DNA of 64,000 nucleotides from a virus: IMG/VR virus record IMGVR_UViG_3300028388_003025, positions 1 to 64,000 of that record; one strand, 5' to 3'. Shown piece by piece: positions 61,030 to 64,000 of this stretch (position 1 is its first letter; each line of letters starts with the position of its first letter). The notes under the pieces were generated by a model. It saw only the letters and a program-made list of their open reading frames with translations, ran no database searches and was not told where the DNA came from. The position numbers and the translations under genes were made by a program.

Positions 61030-62594
61030 AATTAAATAAAGACGAAGAGTCTGTAATTAATTGCTACCAAATGTATCATGACGCTATAACAACAATACTA
61101 AGGCCAGACGGAGAAGTTATATCTATAGAAGAAGAGAGGCTTGTAAGAACTAGACATGCTTTAAGAGATGTGGCCAACCCTAACAAACCCTTTTTAGACT
61201 CTGAGATACTATGTAAAAGAGTCTTCCACAATGATAATGATGGCTATTTAAAAGAAGTATATGCTAACGAGTATGATCACCATATAGCTCATGCATATGG
61301 AGCATTAACACAAAGCGGTATGTGGGATCAGGCTGCAATATTGGTTGTAGATGGTTGGGGTAAGGACATCAACACAGAAGAGTTTAATAGTATAGCAATA
61401 TTCTCTGCAAATAATGGTGAGATAGAAACAAAAAGAGTCTATGATATAGCTTATTCTATAGGCGTCATGTATTCATACTCAAGCGAAATGGTATTCAAGC
61501 ATGAGTTTACAGAAGGAAAGTTTATGGGACTGGCCACGCATGGCGATGCAAAGTCTGTGCCAAGGCTTTATACTATTGACGAAAGTACTGGAGATATATC
61601 TTATTACAGTGAGGCATACCCAATAAAAGAAGAACACAAAGTCCACAACAATGGCTGGAATACTCACTTATTGAACTGGATCTATAATGAGGTATATCCT
61701 CTTTGCAATAGCGATGCAGATTTCGCAGCAACAATCCAAAAAGAATTTGAGCTAATTATGTTTGAACTTGTTAAGTATATTAAGAATACTGTAGGTGGTG
61801 ACCGCTTAATAATAAGTGGAGGCTGTGGTCTTAACTGTACGTTTAATGGCAAGTTGCTGGCAGCTAATATATTTAAAGATGTCTACATCCCACCTATGTG
61901 TACAGATCAAGGAAGTTCTATAGGTGTTTTATCTGCATATAAAAAGCAGAATATAAACAAGACACTTAAATATAATACTATAATCCATCCATTGCCGGAT
62001 GATATTAAAGAAGTAGATATGGAGTGGGTGGCTAACATGCTCAAGTCTGGCAAGATAGTTGCATGGTTTGAAGGTGGCTCTGAATATGGGCCAAGAGCAT
62101 TATGCCATAGAAGCTTGCTTGCTGTCCCTAACAAGAAAGATGTAGCAGACAAGGTTAACAGAATAAAAAACAGGGAGTTGTGGAGGCCGTTAGCTCCCGT
62201 AGTTCTTGATACAGAGTTTGAAAAGATGTTTGATTGTAAGCCTGGCGTGCTACACGAATTCATGCTTTCAACAGAGACTGTCAGTGAAGATTATAGAGAA
62301 AAGGTGCCGGCAGTTCTTGCTAAAGACAATACTACAAGGCCACAAATACTCTTTAATGATTTAGACAATTCTGTATTGTATTCTATTATGAAGTCATTTG
62401 ACTTGCCTGTGTTACTTAACACATCCTTTAATGACAGAGGAGAGGCAATATGTGAGTCTCCAGGGGATGCTATAAGGTTTGTAAACAAAAGAGATAAAGA
62501 AGATGTGGTGCTTATATTCTGTGACGGTAATAAGATTTATAACTATGCTAGAATGTCTAAACCACTATTCAATGGAGATACTGATGGCAAGTAG
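61017..62594 (+). CDS. Carbamoyltransferase, NodU/CmcH (TobZ-like) family
   Basis: HD..., EEER, HHIAHA, VDGWG, EGKFMGLA, SGGCGLN, EYGPRAL.HRS, IKNRE.WRP.AP, LNTSFN. Confidence 0.93.
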   Translation: MLRVELNKDEESVINCYQMYHDAITTILRPDGEVISIEEERLVRTRHALRDVANPNKPFLDSEILCKRVFHNDNDGYLKEVYANEYDHHIAHAYGALTQSGMWDQAAILVVDGWGKDINTEEFNSIAIFSANNGEIETKRVYDIAYSIGVMYSYSSEMVFKHEFTEGKFMGLATHGDAKSVPRLYTIDESTGDISYYSEAYPIKEEHKVHNNGWNTHLLNWIYNEVYPLCNSDADFAATIQKEFELIMFELVKYIKNTVGGDRLIISGGCGLNCTFNGKLLAANIFKDVYIPPMCTDQGSSIGVLSAYKKQNINKTLKYNTIIHPLPDDIKEVDMEWVANMLKSGKIVAWFEGGSEYGPRALCHRSLLAVPNKKDVADKVNRIKNRELWRPLAPVVLDTEFEKMFDCKPGVLHEFMLSTETVSEDYREKVPAVLAKDNTTRPQILFNDLDNSVLYSIMKSFDLPVLLNTSFNDRGEAICESPGDAIRFVNKRDKEDVVLIFCDGNKIYNYARMSKPLFNGDTDGK

Positions 62595-63540
62595 CGAAGA
62601 TAAAAGTTGTAGACCTTTAGGTATTCAAGTATGGAATGATTGCTCAAATAATTGTAGCTTCTGTGTACAGAAGCACTTTATAAAAGAAGTAACGCCACTT
62701 CACAAGAAGAAGCGATCAATAGGCCTAGCAATGTCTCAGGTTCTAAACAACGATATAATAAAAGAATATCAAGGAGTCATGCTTATAGGTGGCGAGATAT
62801 TTGGAGGCCAATTAAAAGGCCTTTATTCTGACTGGTTTGATCTGCTTGAGGCCTTCAATACTGCAGGATTAAAGCATGTAATACTACAAACAGGCCTCAT
62901 GTATGAAGATGTTTCAGATCTTATCGAGTCCTTGGCCATAGTTAAAGATATAGAACAGGTAGTTATATCGACTTCATATGATACGCTAGGCAGATTCTCC
63001 AAGAAAACTAAAGACATTTGGGACAAGAATTTGTTGCTACTAGAGAAGCTAAAGAAGAAGTATAAGTTTCAGATCAATGTTTCTGTAATAATGACCCAAG
63101 CATTCATTGATGAGTATCTAGCTGGGAACTTTGTACACCCTAAAGGGGCTGACAGAGTTAGCTTATGCATCCCTCATATGTTTTCTGACCACCGTGATGC
63201 TCTTGATAATCCAGATCAATACTCGGACAAACTAAGAGATAGTGAATGTGAATACTCTGACAGGTTTTTGCCATTAAGGGATATTGATAAGCTTGCAGAG
63301 TTTGCTCACAAGTTCTCTGCCCAGTATGGATATGGAGGACTTGGCAGCTTTATAGAGTCAGCACAAGATATAATTCCATCATTTACACAAGACAATGATG
63401 TAGAACCTACCGACTTCATGCCTCGTAGTAGATGTGGGCACCTATTGATAGCACAATGTTATTCTGACAGCAACGAGTGCCTTGCTTGTGATCTTGAAAA
63501 ACTAATACCAAATATAAAGGAGTTGGCAAAGAATGGATAA
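62584..63540 (+). CDS. Radical SAM enzyme 2 (paralog of enzyme 1)
   Basis: CSNNCSFC, LIGGE, TSYDTLGRF, CGH...CLAC; probable start ATG 62584. Confidence 0.88.
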   Translation: MASSEDKSCRPLGIQVWNDCSNNCSFCVQKHFIKEVTPLHKKKRSIGLAMSQVLNNDIIKEYQGVMLIGGEIFGGQLKGLYSDWFDLLEAFNTAGLKHVILQTGLMYEDVSDLIESLAIVKDIEQVVISTSYDTLGRFSKKTKDIWDKNLLLLEKLKKKYKFQINVSVIMTQAFIDEYLAGNFVHPKGADRVSLCIPHMFSDHRDALDNPDQYSDKLRDSECEYSDRFLPLRDIDKLAEFAHKFSAQYGYGGLGSFIESAQDIIPSFTQDNDVEPTDFMPRSRCGHLLIAQCYSDSNECLACDLEKLIPNIKELAKNG

Positions 63541-64000
63541 GTCTTATTGCGCACACCTAGATTCAAACTCTATGTTTGTTCGCTTCAAGGAGAATAGTTC
63601 TGACTTAATCTTTAGCTGTTGTAGTAACAGGGCTACAGATAACTTTGGCGATAAAGAATGTACTATCTCTTGTGATAACAGATCTGAAAATATAGATATG
63701 AAAAACGTATTAGGCATAGGTGCATACGGCAAATGTAATATACAGTGCAGGTATTGCAACTCTTCTCAGGTAGAGGTTAGTAGCGACTATTATGATATAC
63801 TTGAAAAGAATATATTAGAGCGACTAGACCTTTCAAAAGTAGAGAAAATGTTCTGCGGTAGTGGAGAGCTTTTCTGTGACGAAGGTTTGCAGTCCTTATA
63901 CAAGAAGATATTAGCAATAAATCCAAACATTAAGGTTGTTATAGAAACAAATGGCATAGCATGGGACGAGAGTATTTTAGATAATATAGGTATGACAAGC
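63533..64000 (+). CDS. Radical SAM enzyme 3 (partial, runs off window end)
   Basis: Manual translation MDKSYCAH...SCC...C..SC...CNIQCRYC...GSGE...IETNG; AAGGAG RBS; not in ORF track. Confidence 0.85.
   Translation, partial: MDKSYCAHLDSNSMFVRFKENSSDLIFSCCSNRATDNFGDKECTISCDNRSENIDMKNVLGIGAYGKCNIQCRYCNSSQVEVSSDYYDILEKNILERLDLSKVEKMFCGSGELFCDEGLQSLYKKILAINPNIKVVIETNGIAWDESILDNIGMTS

Noticed and set aside
17373-63759. Many antisense ORFs in the track (e.g. 36992..37612, 39203..40042, 28679..29152)
   Set aside because: They are shadows of long + strand genes, with no RBS or recognisable motifs.

Overview
The window is 64 kb of an AT-rich tailed dsDNA phage with a contractile tail (myovirus-type), read in the standard genetic code. 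(1) 1-13.2 kb: leftward arm of small accessory genes, including YopX, an HNH endonuclease, a stand-alone response-regulator receiver, a 54-aa NrdD glycyl-radical-domain protein and six proteins sharing a WhiB-like Cx2Cx5C motif (a seventh lies at 19.3 kb). (2) 11.3-14.1 kb: mostly non-coding strand-switch region with DNA-type hairpins, DnaA-box-like sites, direct repeats, a 211-nt C-free stretch and microsatellites. (3) 14.1-17.2 kb: M16 peptidase, CPBP protease, NTase-like gene and a ~300-nt structured ncRNA candidate. (4) 17.2-58 kb: virion module with terminase, portal, a prohead protease fused to an ATP-dependent DNA ligase, capsid, sheath/tube, a frameshifted chaperone, a 3098-aa tape-measure-position protein carrying a DEDDh exonuclease domain, baseplate and fibre. 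(5) 58.8-64 kb, the best candidate for an undescribed system: two paralogous proteins ending in poly-Ser tracts plus a shared FxAYFNLNG tail, in an operon with at least three radical SAM enzymes and a NodU/CmcH carbamoyltransferase, which looks like a RiPP-like protein-modification cassette. All family calls come from motifs recognised by eye; no database searches were run.
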